NCBI RefSeq assembly: GCF_009914755.1
Contig: NC_060930.1
Source: the human T2T-CHM13v2.0 reference genome, Homo sapiens
Direction: 5' to 3' (one strand)
DNA: 64,000 nucleotides
The notes beneath the pieces were generated by a model. That model searched no databases and was not told the origin of the DNA. It saw only the letters and a program-made list of their open reading frames with translations. A program made the position numbers and the translations under genes. The stretch's first letter is position 1; every line of letters starts with the position of its first letter. Below are positions 30,746 to 54,666 of the stretch, one piece after another.

Positions 30746-31977
30746 CGGGCAGCTCCTTCCGTCCCGGCCGCTCTGGGAGGGGCCAGGAAGGGCGCCCCCT
30801 GGGTGCGGAGCTACCTGGCGCGCACCTTACGAGCGGGCTGGCTCCCCAGGCGGCGTCCCGGAACAGCAGCAGCGGCAGCCGAAAGGACCCTCCTCCCTCT
30901 TAGGCGGCAGCTCGCCTTCATCGGGTGGATTTCCTCCTCCTTGCCTGGCCTCGTTTCTCTTTCGATCGCCTCCGCCGCGTGGTCCCGGCGCCAGCCTCGT
31001 CGTTCCTTGCAGACGCTCTCCCTCTCCACCACCAGCTTCTGGCCACCCACTCGTAGCGGCACCGAGGGTCAGGGCCAGCCCCCAAGGAGGGCGCTGCTAG
31101 GAAGCTCGAGCCCGGACTGAACTGACCGCGCTGCGGCCCTGGGACCCCAGCCCTCCTCTGAGTGCTGCGCGTGGCATAGGGTCCCAGTCTTCACCCACCC
31201 GGCCCCCACCTACGAAGACCTGGAGCGCAAGCGATTACGGGGTGGCGCAGAAAGTCCCTCGAGGCAATACTCGGTCTTCGGAGTCCGCCCCTGAAGCATT
31301 TCCAGTGTTCCCCGCGACTAGGGCGCCCCCCTCCGGGCCTTGGCGGCCTGGTGGACTGGGACCGTGCGCGGCGCTGGCAGGATAGGCTCCGGGAGACCCA
31401 CGTTGCGCGAGGCAGGAGGTTGTACATAGCGCCCTGGAGCCAGGGCCTGCACTGGAGGTTGCTTCATTAGTGACTGTGGCACTCCAGAAGTGGCTGGCTA
31501 AATTGATCAGGTTCTCCCATGTACTTTTCCTTTTAAAATTTCCAGTGGCTCATTCCGTTATCAGTAATGAGTAATTGATTAGTGCCAACTGCCGAAGGAC
31601 TTAGTATTCTCATTTAGGATCTTAATTCCCCCACAAGCGCCAGATACTTAAGATAGAAGATGGAGTCTCTACCCGACTCCACAAATTATCAACAAGATGA
31701 AACAGGGGAATAACGTGACCTATTCTATTTTTTAAACTGCATCACGCGAGGCCGGGAGGGAAATACCCAGATTGTTTAAGAGCAATCAAAAAAAGTACCT
31801 GCTTATTTGGGGAGCAAAGAACAGATGTGTAAGTTCCCAGAGAACCCCAGAATGCTGTAATTGTTAGGAAAGCCAGTGCAAGTTACAACTGAGTAAAGAA
31901 ACAGGTTTTGTACTTCCCATCTCCAGGAACTGAGACTAGTGAGTCCTGTGAAAAAGGCAGAAGAAAATGTAAATTAC

Positions 31978-32288
<311 letters not shown>

Positions 32289-32356
32289 CATGAATTACAT
32301 TTCAAACTGGGTAAGAAGGAAGGATAAAATAGCTGAATAGTAAAGAATTAAAGGAA

Positions 32357-32678
<322 letters not shown>

Positions 32679-33599
32679 TTAATTTTCTCCAAGGTGGGAG
32701 GATTGCTTGAGCCCAAGAGTTCAAGATCAGCCTGGACAACATAGTGAGACCCCCATCTTAAAAAAAAATAATAATTAAAGGAAGGAAGGAAATAGTCATG
32801 AGGAAAAACACCTAGCCGCTACACAACTGTATCAATGAATCAATGTGACATTAGATTTTTCTAAAGGTGTATAAAATAATAGAAGTAAATTTCTAGTAAG
32901 GAAACTTTATATTCTTCATGTAAAATGGAATCTATGTGACCCACACTAGCTTTTGGAATTAATATCAATAGTAAAATAGGTAGTGAATCAGTGATTATAC
33001 TGAAACAAAATGTTGCTGAGCTAGTAATAGTTATGTGCCTTTTAATATTTTCAACAACTTGTCAAACCTCCAAAACCTTGTAGGAGTAAGATAATCCTCC
33101 CCGCTATCCTCACCAAGAACCACAAACTCTGGAAATCGATGAGGTTCATGTGTGGAAAACTAAAACGCCTAAATGCTCAAGTAGCATTTTACTGTAGAAA
33201 TACAAAATCTGAAATTATATATCAAGCTATTTTCCAAAGCTGTAACTTTTTATACCCTCTCACTTTGTGCTTTCCTTCCAGATCCTTTCAGAGCCATTTT
33301 CATACACAATTTTTATTTTTTGTTTTACTTTGCTGGCTTTTTTGATTTATTAACTTTAAATATGTTTTTTATGTTAGGCACCCAAACCCCAATACAATGT
33401 TGAAATTCTGCTTCTAGCTGGTCCAGAGATTCTCCCTCTACCTAAAAGGCACGGTTTAGGTAATTTATGTTCCATAGCATAGGGTTATGAGATAATGAGG
33501 AACTAGCTGGCAAGATTCTGGAAGAAAGGACAGGAATCCAGAGGGTGAGTCTACAGTCAGGGTTCCCTTTGGCTGTGGGATTTTTGTGGATCTGAATTA

Positions 33600-33830
33600 G
33601 GCAGCTGAAAGGCTGAAGTGAATTTTTTTAATGAAAAATAACGGTATTTTGCAAAACAAAACAAAAAGAATGGTGACACCGTTGTGCATTTTCACAAATC
33701 TTTTTAATGTCTGGCTTAATAGATGACAGTGGATTCTCATTTCTGCTTCTACATTCATGCTGTTGCAGCATGTTGTTTTGGTTGAAGGGTATAAAGAAAA
33801 TCTGGAGAAGTTTCTGAAGTGTAGGAGGTA
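33600..33830. mobile_element. hAT-Charlie fragment
   Basis: tttaatgtctggcttaataga..gacag..ggattctcat motif, recalled from Charlie1-type consensus. Confidence 0.5.
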
Positions 33831-33944
33831 TTTGAAGAAGTACATGAAGAAAATACTCTGGGAGGAGCACAGTCACTCCCACTGTGAAGGCACACATGAA
33901 TTCCTAAAAATCACTGAGCTGTGCAAAATAGTGCTTTTTTTAAA

Positions 33945-36122
33945 GTAATTTCAAGTTTTATTTTAGATTCGGGGGTACATGTGCAGGTTACATGGATATA
34001 TTGCATGATGCTCAAGTTTAGGGTACGATTGTTCTTGTCACTCAGGTAGTAGAAAGAGCACCCAACAGTTGGTTTTTCAACCCTTGCTCCCTCCTTCCCT
34101 CCCGTCCGCAGTGTCTGTTGTTACCATCTTTATGTCCATGTGTATCCAATGGGACCCTCTCCTGGGAAGGTCTTAAGACCCACAGTCAGAAAGGTGGGGG
34201 GTTGTTAGCAGGTAAAAGGAGAGCAGGAAAAAATTAGAGGCCTGCCTCTGAGGCCTAACACACTCAACATAACAGAAGACTATAACGAGGGTTATGGGAG
34301 TTACAAGCCAAAAACCACAGATGAAAACCAATATATATCGTAACACCACACTCTGTTCATAGTTTCTTTGGTTGTGCAGAAGCTGTTTAGATTAGGTCCC
34401 GTCTGTCAGTTTTTCGTTTTGCTGCAAATTGCTTTTCAGGACTTAGTCATAAATTCTTTCCCAAGGCCGATGTCTAGAATGGTATTTCCTAGGTTTTCTT
34501 CTATGATTCCTAGGGTTTGAGGTCTTACATTTAAATCTTTAACCCATCTTGAGTGAATTTTTGTATATGGTGATGGGTAGGGGTCCAGTTTTATTCTGCA
34601 TAAGGCTAGCCAGCACCACTTATTGAACAGGGAGTCCTTCCCCATTGCTTATTTTTATCGACTTTGTTGAAGATCAGATGGCGGTAGGTGTACGGCTTTA
34701 TTTCTGAGTTCTCTACTCCGTTCCATCAGTCTGAGTGTCTGTTTTTGTACCAGTACCGTGCTGTTTGGGTTACTGTTGCCTTATAGTACAGTTTGAAGTT
34801 AGGTAATATGATGCCTCTGGCTTTGGCTTTAGCTATTCAGGCTCTTTTGGGGTTTTATTTTATTTTATTTTATTTTTTCCTGCTGTTCTACAGGCTCCTT
34901 TTTGGTTCCATATGAATTGTAGAATAGTTTTTCTAATTCTGTGGAAAATGATGTTGGTAGTTTCTTAGGAATACCATTGAATCTGTAGATTGCTTTGGAC
35001 AGTGTGGCCATTTAAACAAGATTGATTCTTCCAATCCATCAGCGTGGAATATTTTTCTGTTTGTTTGTGTCATCTATGATTTCCTTCAACAGTGTTTTGT
35101 AATTCTCCTTGTAGGGATCTTTCACTTCCTTGATTGGATGTATTCCTAGATTGTGTGCGTGTGTGTGTGTGTGTGTGTGGCTATTATAAATGGAACTGTG
35201 TTCTTGACTTGTCTCTCAGCTTGAACGTTATTGGTATATGAAAATGCTACTGATTTTTATACATTGATTTTGTATCCTGAAACTATACCGACATTGTTTA
35301 TCAATTCTAGGAGCCATTTGGTGGAGTCTAGGTATAGAATCTTGTCTTCAGGGGATGAGGCGCAGTGGCTCATGCCTGTAATCCCAGGACTTTGGAAGGC
35401 CAAGGCGGGTATATCACTTGAGGCCAGGAGTTTGAGACCAGCCTGGCCAACACAGTGAAGCCCCATCTCTACTAAAAATACTGAAAAACAAATTAGCTGA
35501 GCATGTAGTCTGTAGTCCCAGCTACTTGAGATGGAGGTTGCAGAGAGCCGAGATCGTGCCACTGCACTCCAGCCTGGGTAACAGAGTGAGATTCTGTCTC
35601 AAAAAAAAAAAAAAAAAAAAAAGATTCTTATCTTCAGGGAAGAGAGATTATCTGACTCCTTTTCTTATTTGGATGCTTTTTATTTCTTTCTCTTGCCTGA
35701 TTGCTGTGGCTAGGACCTCCAGTACTATGTGGAATACTGAGAATGGGCATCCTTGTCTTGTTCCTGTTCTTGAGGGCAATGTCTTTAGCTTTTGCCTGTT
35801 CAGTATTTGTTAGCTCTGGGTTTGTCATAAATGGCTCTTATTATTTTGAGGTATGTTCCTTTGATGCCTAGTTTGTTGAGGGTTTTTATCATGAAGGGAT
35901 GTTGGATTTTATCAAAAGCTTTTCCCATACCTATTGAGATATTCATCTAGTTTTTGTTTTTAAATCTGTTTATGTGGTGAGTCACATTTATTGATTTGCA
36001 TATGTTGAACCAACCTTGGATCTTAGGAATTAAGCCTATTTGATCGGGGTGAATTAACTTTTTGATGTGCGGCTAGATTCAGTTTGCTGGTATTTTGTTG
36101 AGGATTTTTGTGCCTGTGTTTA
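33945..36122 (-). mobile_element. L1 (old L1PA/L1PB-like), interrupted by a MER21-like LTR piece (34152-34350), (TG)n and an Alu (35352-35622, +)
   Basis: Reverse L1 3' end ggtacatgtgcaggtta. ORF2 relic [22 protein letters not shown] in the ORF track. Confidence 0.87.
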
Positions 36123-36429
36123 TCTGAACTGAATTCTTGATAACATCTTGAGGACAAAATTAAAGATGATATACCCTACAAGTAAGAGTGAACTATAGGT
36201 TAGATGGCCCGTACGTGGACAGCAATCCTGCTTCCATTCATCTGAGTAACCCAGAAAGAAGTCTCAAACCCTAAAATTGTATTAAGGTAGTTCCCTGCAT
36301 TTGAGAAACAAAATTCACTCCAGAGGAAGATGACATCATCTTGGGCCATGAATTATTTCTACAAATATAAGATCTGTAAATGTAAGCAAATATTTGAATG
36401 CACGGTAGCATGGTGGAATCAGAGCAAGA

Positions 36430-36928
36430 ATGTGAACTGAAATTTTTGCCATCTGTTTCTGATTTTCCCCTCTAGATTCACTCTCCATTTATATCCCCCA
36501 GAGTCTCTGTCTTGGGAGGCTATGAATTAAGTCAATGGGCTCCCTTCCTTTCTGTTTATCAGTTGGATTTGGTCAGTGGGGAGTCCAGGCAGGGATCTGC
36601 AGGAGGAAGGACATTGGGAGCTGGGTATTTCTCTCCTGGACTCACTCTGTATGAGTCACTACAGGCTGGCTGTGTTCTTCAACAGAAGGTTATTGCTCTT
36701 CCCAAGGTGACAGCTCCTATGGGACTCACTTTCTAACAGGGTCTCATAACTGTCCCTTGCTTTGTTGTTTATTGGCACCTAGAAATGATAAAGTTGCTGG
36801 CCCCAAGCTCATGAAGAATTCCTTGAAGCCTCCTTATACCCTTCCACAGCTTTGTAATTAGTCTTTTTGTAAATAAACCCACTTCAAATTATCCTACCTG
36901 TTTCCTGTTGGGACTCTGATAACTACTA
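36430..36928 (+). mobile_element. ERVL LTR (LTR33-like)
   Basis: aataaa..tcaaatta..tgtttcctgttgggactctga end motif. Confidence 0.55.
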
Positions 36929-37241
36929 ATGAGCGTTTAGAAATTAGAAAACTAATTTAACCTTTCTGGACCTGTTTCTTCATCCACAAAACACAGTGTT
37001 GAATTAGATTCCACTGAAAATCCTTTGAAGCTCCAATGTGCTATTTTAAGTATTTAGTTAAGATTCCAGTTCTTATACTGAATTGAAATGTGTAAAGAAT
37101 GAAAATACCACTGGGCAACCATGTAGTAATAAGGGAACTTTTTCTTTACAGAAATATTCCAGCTAATGCATACAAAAGCCTGATGTCATTATAATATCAC
37201 CATTTTGTAACTCTTAATGAATTTGGATTCAGATATCAATC

Positions 37242-37531
37242 TTTTTTTTTTTTTGAGACAGGTTCTGGCTCTATTGCCCAAGCTAGAGTGCAGTGGCTCC
37301 ATCTCAGCTCACTGCAGCCTCTGCCTCCTGGGCTCAAGCAATCATCCCACCTCAGCCTAGTAGCTGGGACACAGACACGTGCTACCACACCCAGTTAATT
37401 TTTGTATTTTTGGTAGAGACAGGGTTTCACAATGTTGCCCAGGCTAGTCTAGAACTCCTGGGCTCAAGCAATCCTCCTGCCTCAGCCTCCCAAAGTGCTG
37501 GGATTACTGGCATAAGCCACTGCACCCAGCC
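37242..37531 (-). mobile_element. AluJ
   Basis: Reverse dimer within an old L1M 3' region. Confidence 0.85.
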
Positions 37532-38242
37532 TACATATCAATCATTAATAGTCACTAATATCATTAAAAGAGAGATGACCAGATTATTGCATGCCTCCTG
37601 ATGAAAGAACACACCATCAACCATGAAGTAGTCATCCCAAAAACAGTGGACATGAATCTATCAAAGCCCCAGAACCCAAGGCCTGGGTTCAACAGTTAAT
37701 TTCAGGACATATTAAAGTCATAAAAACAGGGTCAAATACTCTGGAGATGCAATGAGTAAAATCTAGACTGTAGGAAACTCTATAAGACAAATGGCTCACT
37801 TTCTTGCATGAATAAATTGCAGTGGTGGAAGAGGGCAACATTGAGATTAAAAGATTGTTAATTTGTAAAGATATAATAATACTATTGTGCTTATGTTAAA
37901 AAGGGAGTCTTCATATTTCAGAGACTCCATACAGAAATACTTATAAATGAGGTAAAATGATTTCTGGGATTGGCTTAAAAATAATATGGTAGGAGGTACA
38001 GGAATGCGTGAGAATACAGATGAAAGAAGATTGGCCCCGAACTAATGATTTTTTATAATGGGTACATGGATGAGGTTCATTATACTAGTCTTTCTACTCT
38101 TGTATATGCCTGAAATATTTCATAATAAAAAGTTTAAATAAAATAAAACCATGGAAACAAAGAATGTAAGACATTTTCATATGAAAAATGTTTTAACATT
38201 CTGACCACAAAAGAACATGTGTATAGTCTCATGCAAATCATC

Positions 38243-38553
38243 TTTTTATTTCATTTTTTATTTTTGAGACGGAGTCTGACTCTTTTGCCCAGGCTGGAGT
38301 GCAGTGGCACGACCTCAGCTCCTCAGCTCACTGCAATCTCCACCTCCCACTTCAAGCAATTCTCCTGCCTCAGCCTCCCGAGTAGCTGGGATTACAGGTG
38401 TGTGCCACCACACCCGGCTAATTTTTGTATTTTAGTAGAGACAGGGTTTCACCATGTTGGTCAGGCTGATCTCGAACTCCTGACCTCAGGTGATCCACCT
38501 GCCTCGGTCTCCCAAAGTGTTGGGATTACATGCGTGAGCCACTGCACCTGGCC
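38243..38553 (-). mobile_element. AluS
   Basis: Reverse dimer. Confidence 0.88.
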
Positions 38554-39232
38554 TAATTAATACCTATTTTAATGTGGTGAGTGTTCCTATTGAGAGCCTA
38601 AACAGTTTTTACTTTGAAAATTAAGCCATGCCTGGGCATATGTGGACTCAGAGAAGAGTCCACCAGGGGAATCAGCTCATGGCTAATAGAGAAGCCTTAT
38701 GAAGGTCAATAACCCCAGGAAAGAAACAGCAATGGTAAATCATTATGAGAGTCGCCTGCAGATGGAAGTACAACAGGGCAAGAGTGACTCAGTTTGCCCT
38801 GCAGTACTGCTTGCACAAGAGAGGCCCCTCCCTTGGGCTCTATGTTTTGGAGGGCCCAGCCATGTCCCTTTCTCAGAGAATCAGAGGTATGAACCCACAG
38901 AAAAATCCTCCTCTTCTAATTTGCCCTCTGGAGACCCCAGACCCCAGGATTATCTGCTCAAGCATCATCAAGCCCATTTTCAGAGCCTATTTGTGAGGGC
39001 TATAGATGGAGTTTGGCTGCTGAGGCTGGGATGTCTCCAAAAATGTCTATAAGATCTTGCAGAGCTAAAGATGGCAAGAAAGGTCACTCTCTCCATGCTA
39101 CCGCACTTGGGTGTGGAACTCCAAGAAGTTCAATTGTAAATTCAAAATCCACCTTCCTAGCCTTTATGCAAGTATATTTGTCAAGGACAAATATATTTAT
39201 TTAATAGTATATTAGCCTGATTAATAACTTTT

Positions 39233-39530
39233 AGGTAGGGCATGGTGGCTCACATCTATAGTCCTCACACATTGGGAGCCTGAGGCAAGAGGATCACTTG
39301 AAGCCAGATTCGAGACCAGCCTGGAAAGCATAGCCAGACCCCATCTCTTAAAAAAACAAAACAAAACAAAAAACCAGCATGGTGGCACGTGCCTGTAATC
39401 CAGTCTACTCAGGAGGCTGAGGTGGGGGGATCATTTGAGCCCAGAAGTTCAAGGTTGCAGTGAGTTATGATGGTGTCTCTGTATTCCAGACCAGGTGATA
39501 GGGCAACACCCAGTTTCAAAGAAAACAAAA
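39233..39530 (+). mobile_element. AluJ (diverged)
   Basis: Dimer motifs. Confidence 0.82.
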
Positions 39531-39544
39531 TTTTTTTTTTGTAC

Positions 39545-44480
<4,936 letters not shown>

Positions 44481-44596
44481 GGATTCATAATTATTCTAGG
44501 AAATGTATTTACTCCTAGAAATGAAAAGAGTAAAATATAGGGAAGGAGGATCTAGTATGTTCTTTCTTCTGAAATGCTCTTGTGTCAGAAGATCTC

Positions 44597-44884
44597 TTTT
44601 TTTTTTGAGACACAGTCTCTCTCTGTCACCCAGGCTGGAGTGCGATGGCACAATCTTGTCTCACAGCAGCCTCCACCTCCCTGGTTCAAGCGATGCTGAT
44701 GCCTCAGCCTCCTGAGTAGCTGGGATTACAGGCCAGTGTCACCATGCCCGGCTAATTTTAATATTTTTAGTGGAGACGGGGTTTCACCATGCCAGGCTGG
44801 TCTCAAACTCCTGACCTCTAGTGATCTGCCTGCCTCCACCTTTCAAAGCGCTGGGATTATAGGTGTGAGCCACCACACTGGGCC
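44597..44884 (-). mobile_element. AluS
   Basis: Reverse dimer. Confidence 0.87.
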
Positions 44885-45718
44885 AAAAATATCTTTTAAC
44901 TGATGTAATTGAATATTTACTAAATTCTATATCTATTTTCTAAACTATGTGGATAAGACCAGTATGACCATTAACAATGCCATATTCTCCTCCATTCACT
45001 TTCCTTGAGAATGCTTTTCTCTTTTGGCATGTCATTATGAACTTAGGGCCTTTCACAGATTTCATATATTTTAATCAACTACAGCCTTGGTTCTCTTTTT
45101 GATGCTCAAAGTCACAACTTTGGTCAATGAAGCCCTTTTTTAAGTAGCACCCTTTTCCTTTTGATACCACTGCATTAATCTTTGAAAGTTTCCTTGCTTT
45201 GTGGTAAAAGAAGATATTCCAGGCTCAGTCTAGCCCTGCCACAAACACGAAATCAGCTAGCCTTCTAGAGAGACTCATGCCTTTTAGTGACTGACTGGTA
45301 TAAGAAGCCACATTTCAAGTACTAGGGTTGCCTGTTGGGTTCATCCCATCAGGGGAGCCAGAAACTCTGGGGTTCACTCAAGTGGATAGAGTTAGAAAGG
45401 AAGAAAGGATGTGGATATATTTTTACATCTGCACATACAATGAAAGGAACATCTACATATTCCATTTTGAGTTGATAGGGAAACTCATGCAATTTAAGGT
45501 TCTGTATAGCCTTAACTTGTCACTCTATGATTTGATGGATGTCATCTTACTATCATCTAGTCCATTTTCAATACCTTACTGTATAATTATAAGAGCAAGA
45601 CTCATGTATATAAACTTTTATATATATATAAAGTTCTGGCTAAACAATTTGATCATTTCTCCTATTATCTAAATTCTAGCAATATTAGGACAAAAGCGAA
45701 AGAAGACAGATGTAAGGG

Positions 45719-45785
45719 GATATGGTTTGGCTGTGTCCCCACCCAAATCTCATCTTGAATTGTAGCTCCTATAATTCCCACGTGT
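45719..45785 (+). mobile_element. THE1 LTR 5' fragment
   Basis: gatatggtttggctgtgtccccacccaaatctcatcttgaattgtagctcc. Confidence 0.8.
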
Positions 45786-46381
45786 TTATAAATATATAAA
45801 ACTATATTTATATATTTAATAATATTTTAATTTTACAAAATCCTGGCCAGTTATCAAAGCCTTTACATTTACTTTGCTCTTTTTTCTGAGTTACTAGTTT
45901 TTCTTCTTTTAAAAGACAAAACATCCCCCTATCAACTTTACATAATATTATGCTATGTATTATTATTTTTTGAAGTTTGCTTTGTATAAATCCAAACAAC
46001 TCTCCCAATTAGTAATATCTTGACCCAATATCTCTTATAGTCTTTCATTTTCCAGTAGGAAATCAAAGATGATCTTGGTATTTGGAACTCCATGTAAATA
46101 GGAAATATTGATGCATGTAAATATCAGCTACCCTTGAGATTATTTAAATTCCTCTTTTGAGGTATGGGCCAAAATATCATATATATTTCTACTACCTTTA
46201 TTTTAATTACAGGTAACTTTAATCTCTAGTATAGAAATCCAATTAAGAAGAGGCCTTTGAATAAATATAAACATTTATGTTTTTCGTGGTTTGTGAACTA
46301 AAACCTCCAAAAGCCAACAAACTATTTAAAATCAGATTTTATCTAGACTAATTAATTAAATTAATTAATTAAATTGATAAC

Positions 46382-48038
<1,657 letters not shown>

Positions 48039-48304
48039 ATCACTCACATAAAAAAAAAAAAGTGTCAAATGCTAAACATTGCAATTTTGCCCAGTATCAA
48101 AGTGGTCTATAGATTCAGAAAATTTTCTACTTTCCTAACTCTTGCTAAAACCAACTCACAAAATATACATGTGCCTATACACTTTCAGCACAATAAATTC
48201 CATTTGAAATCACATACATTTCTTTAAAAAATCATATTTACATAAATGTGACTATTTAATTTTAGTGCACAATTCCAAATTTATTTATGCAGTCAAACAT
48301 ACTT

Positions 48305-48945
<641 letters not shown>

Positions 48946-50048
48946 ACAAGCCATTCTATGCCTCAATTACCAATTTTATATTCTTTAGTAACTGTACTTA
49001 CCATTATTGAGAAAATCTATAATAAAACTATATTCCTTTAAAATTAAGGTAAAATTAAATCTCCCTGATTCATTGTAGAATGTTTTCCTTTTAGATATTT
49101 AAAATGTTTAATATAAAAATACCCAAATTTAGAATTTTTTTAAAGAAACTAATATTCATAAATCATTATTTTACTTAGAAAAGGGTGAGGAGTAGTTGGT
49201 TCAATCCCCATCTTGGTAAAACCAGAGACTTTGCTGTTAGACATGATTTAAAACTGCCATTTTTCCCCCTTTCTTTCTTTGAAGTTTCTTGCCTATTTTC
49301 TATCTTTGAAGTCCTTTTGAAGTTTTTATTCTTCTCTTGTAGCCTGTTATATTTCATTTTTTCTGAGCTTACAACTAATTTCAGAAAAAAATACATTGTT
49401 TTTAAAAGTTTAATTTATACCACTTTTAGCTTTATATGAATGCATTTATAGTTACCCTTTTTGGATTAAAAATAATTTCAGGTGAACTATTTAACTTCCA
49501 GTTCCTTGTGTATCATGCATTTTACCAATCTAATTTCAGTTTCATCATCTTTGGAATATACAAATCTCATTCTTGTGCCCTGAATTCTCTGAATGCCATT
49601 TCCAATTCAAGAGGCTTCTAATACATTTGTGTGATTCACAGTGCTCCCAGCTCCTTTTGGAAAAAACAGAAACTTTTATCTGCAAAACAGATTACCTTAT
49701 ACTCTAAACCAAAGTCTTAACATTTATGAATATTTAAAATCTAGCATCTACTTCCTGCCTTCTGATTCACTGGGATTCTTTCTTTCAAATGTAGCCAATT
49801 CCTTTACCCTTGTAGTCTAGGCTTATTTTGATTTGCAATTTCTGAAATTCTATGGTTTAGACTATGAGGAGGTGGATTTTAATACATCTCAACTCTCCTG
49901 GAGAGGTGCCTTTAGTCCATTTAAGAGAGATGGGACAACCTTCACTGTAGTACAGCACTTTTATAAGGTACATACTCTGGTGATCCTAAAACTATCATTT
50001 TTGGAGTATTCTCTCAGGCTAGCTTCTCATCAAAGTACAAGATAATTA

Positions 50049-50352
50049 GGGCCGGGCATGGTGGCTCACACATGTAATCCTAGCACTTTGGGAGGCCAAG
50101 GCAGGTAGATCACATGAGGCCATGAGTTCAAGACCAGCCTCGCCAACAAGGCAAAAACTCATCTCTATTAAAAATATAAAAATTAGCCGGCTGTGGTGGT
50201 GTGTGCCTGTAATCCCAGTTACTCAGGAGGCTGAGTCAGGAGAATCGCTTGAACCCGGGAGGCAGAGGTTGCAGAGAGCTGCGATTGTGCCACTGCATCC
50301 CAGCCTGGGTGACAGAGAAAGACCATGTCTCAAACAACAGCAACGACAACAA
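50049..50352 (+). mobile_element. AluS
   Basis: Full dimer with (CAA)n-like tail. Confidence 0.88.
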
Positions 50353-50701
50353 AGTAGAAGATAATTAGAAAAGTCCCAGGGACTAACTCTGACTGATGTG
50401 GCTTGGGTCACGTGTAGTCCTGGGACAACATGGTATCTAGGTAGGGGTGTTAGGAGAGGCTCAGTCCTAAGCACAGGCCTGTGTAGTGAAGGTTAGGTGG
50501 AGCAGATGTTAGCTTCCAGAGAAGTCAGGGGTGCTGGGCAGACTGACTCAATAGCCTCTGCCAAGATTTATAATCACTCCTTGTGGTCTGAAAGGAATGA
50601 CCTACTATAACCTGCTTTTGCATGAATTCCATAGCATTATTCCCATCAACTTTTCCTGAATCCTCTCAGCCTTTGTGACACTAGTAATCCTTTGTAAATA
50701 C

Positions 50702-51315
50702 TGTAAGCCAAAAATAAAATTCTAAGCACCCCCAGCAATCATCCTAATGGACGCCTCCTCTAGGCAAGGGCATTCCAAAGTTAGCCTGGAAAATAAGCTC
50801 AGGCCATGATGGGAATGGGGAGCTGGACATGCCTCATTATACCCTCCTCTCCTTTGGAATTACTGATAGAACAGACTCTTTAAATCTGATGAGAAACATT
50901 TACATACTGCTTTGGATCCTGAATAAAATTTTTATAAAATTTTAAAAAAAGGAAACATTTCCAGGCTTCATCTGCATGATAAAGCGTTGGTCTCCACAAC
51001 CCCTTATTAGTAACCCAGTTGTTCCTTTCTATTGATAATGACTCTTTCAACCAATCACTAATCAGAAAATCTTTAAATCTACCTATGACCTGGAAGCCAC
51101 CCCCTCTCTGAGTGTCCCACCTTTCTGGACCAAACCAGTGTAAATCTTACATGTATTAATTGATGTCTCATGTCTCCCTCAAATGTATAAAACCAAGCTG
51201 TACCCCAACCACCTTGTGGACATGTCAACAGGACCTTCTGAGGCTGTGTCAGAGGCACATTCTTAACCTTGGCAAAATAAACTTTCTAAATTGATTGAGA
51301 CCTGTCTGAGATACA
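50702..51315 (+). mobile_element. ERV1 solo LTR (MER4-group)
   Basis: Starts tgtaagccaaaaataaaattctaag. Contains gtataaaaccaagctg and ggcaaaataaac...gattgagacctgtct end. Confidence 0.78.
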
Positions 51316-52437
51316 GTACTCAAGGTTACTCAGGGTCGTAATCACATATGAGAGATTGTGTTTTTGCCAGTAGTCCTGTTACCCAGCATGAAGAAGATTA
51401 GATAAGGAATAGTTGGTGGTAATAACTGGAAAATAAAAGCATTTTGTGTTTATTCCCCCAGTAAGTTGAGGCATCTTTATCACAATATTTATGGCCATTT
51501 ATCACCAAATGCAGAAATTATAGTTTGCTATGATCTTACTGACTGCATCACTTCCGCATGTATGTGTATCTCTGCTGAATAGAGTCTCTCATACTTTGAA
51601 CCAAAGCATGTGATTTCAATAAAGAAGAACCCTGAAAATAATGCACTTCATGTTGTGATGATTTCCATTCTTCCTGGTGACTACGAATTTGTGAAAAAAA
51701 AGAAACTCTGGAATATGTTTTCCCCCATTACACATTTTCTCTTTTGTGCCCTTTAAAAATACATCTTTGCTGTACAGCTAGAGTAGAGAAAAGGTTTTCA
51801 GAATTCTTTTTCCTTTTTAGGAAGTAAGTTGGTGTTTTCTTGAAGTCCTGGGCTCGAGTGAGCCTCCCGCCTTGGCCTCCTGAAGTGCTGGTATTACATG
51901 CCTGAGCCACCATGCTTGGCCAGTGTTTTGTATTTACATAAACATTTATAAAGGTTTGCAAAGGAAACATTTTCATTATTTTTTTTTCCAAAAGCTTATT
52001 GGATACCCTAAATCCATATTAGTTTTTACTTTGGTGCTCTCTCATGTGGCAACCATTTCTCTGCTCATTTATTATTCCTCCCATGTATCTGTTAACTTTG
52101 GATTAGTTTAATGGGAATATAATGTGAATTGTCCTGAAAATAAGGCACTTAACAACCATCATTAATGAACATTAGATCCTCATTTATTAGTGGCCGTCAC
52201 TCATTCTAAGTTATACAGAAGAGAGCATGAATGAACTAACTGAAAAGAAACCTATTGCATTAAGCAACATATTTCCAATGGCACTTTACTTTTTGTATTT
52301 AATAATAATATTTATCAAATTTTATTAAATGTTTATGTAGTTTTAATCAATAATGCTATTCATACTACTACTAATAACAATACATTAATGATAACTCAGT
52401 CTAAAAAAATATAATCCTTAAAGCCATATGGTTATAG

Positions 52438-53085
<648 letters not shown>

Positions 53086-53248
53086 AAACATCAGTTTATG
53101 TATGTAATTTTCTAATGTGATAAATATGATAAAGAGATCAATAAAATGATTTCAAGCATAAATGAACATTACATTAGAGAAAATTCTACAACAGAATAGT
53201 AGAATGGAATTACAAGTTCAAGAAGAAAAAGAAATGACAAATTTTTCT

Positions 53249-54608
<1,360 letters not shown>

Positions 54609-54666
54609 GACAAATTTTTCTAACAGTTAAAAATGACCTTGTTCGAATGTTTTTTAAAAAATTGAT

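Larger units (their letters stand above)
29600..31450. promoter_or_regulatory. MAP3K5: CpG island / TATA-less promoter and 5' UTR of MAP3K5
   Basis: Very high GC and CpG density spanning exon 1. GC boxes and an E2F-like GCGGGAA at about 30610-30616. Confidence 0.92.

Noticed and set aside
29680-31120. Long overlapping ORFs (221 aa +, 240 aa -, 175 aa +) across the MAP3K5 CpG island
   Set aside because: Stop-codon scarcity in very GC-rich DNA and antisense shadow of the real exon; low-complexity products.
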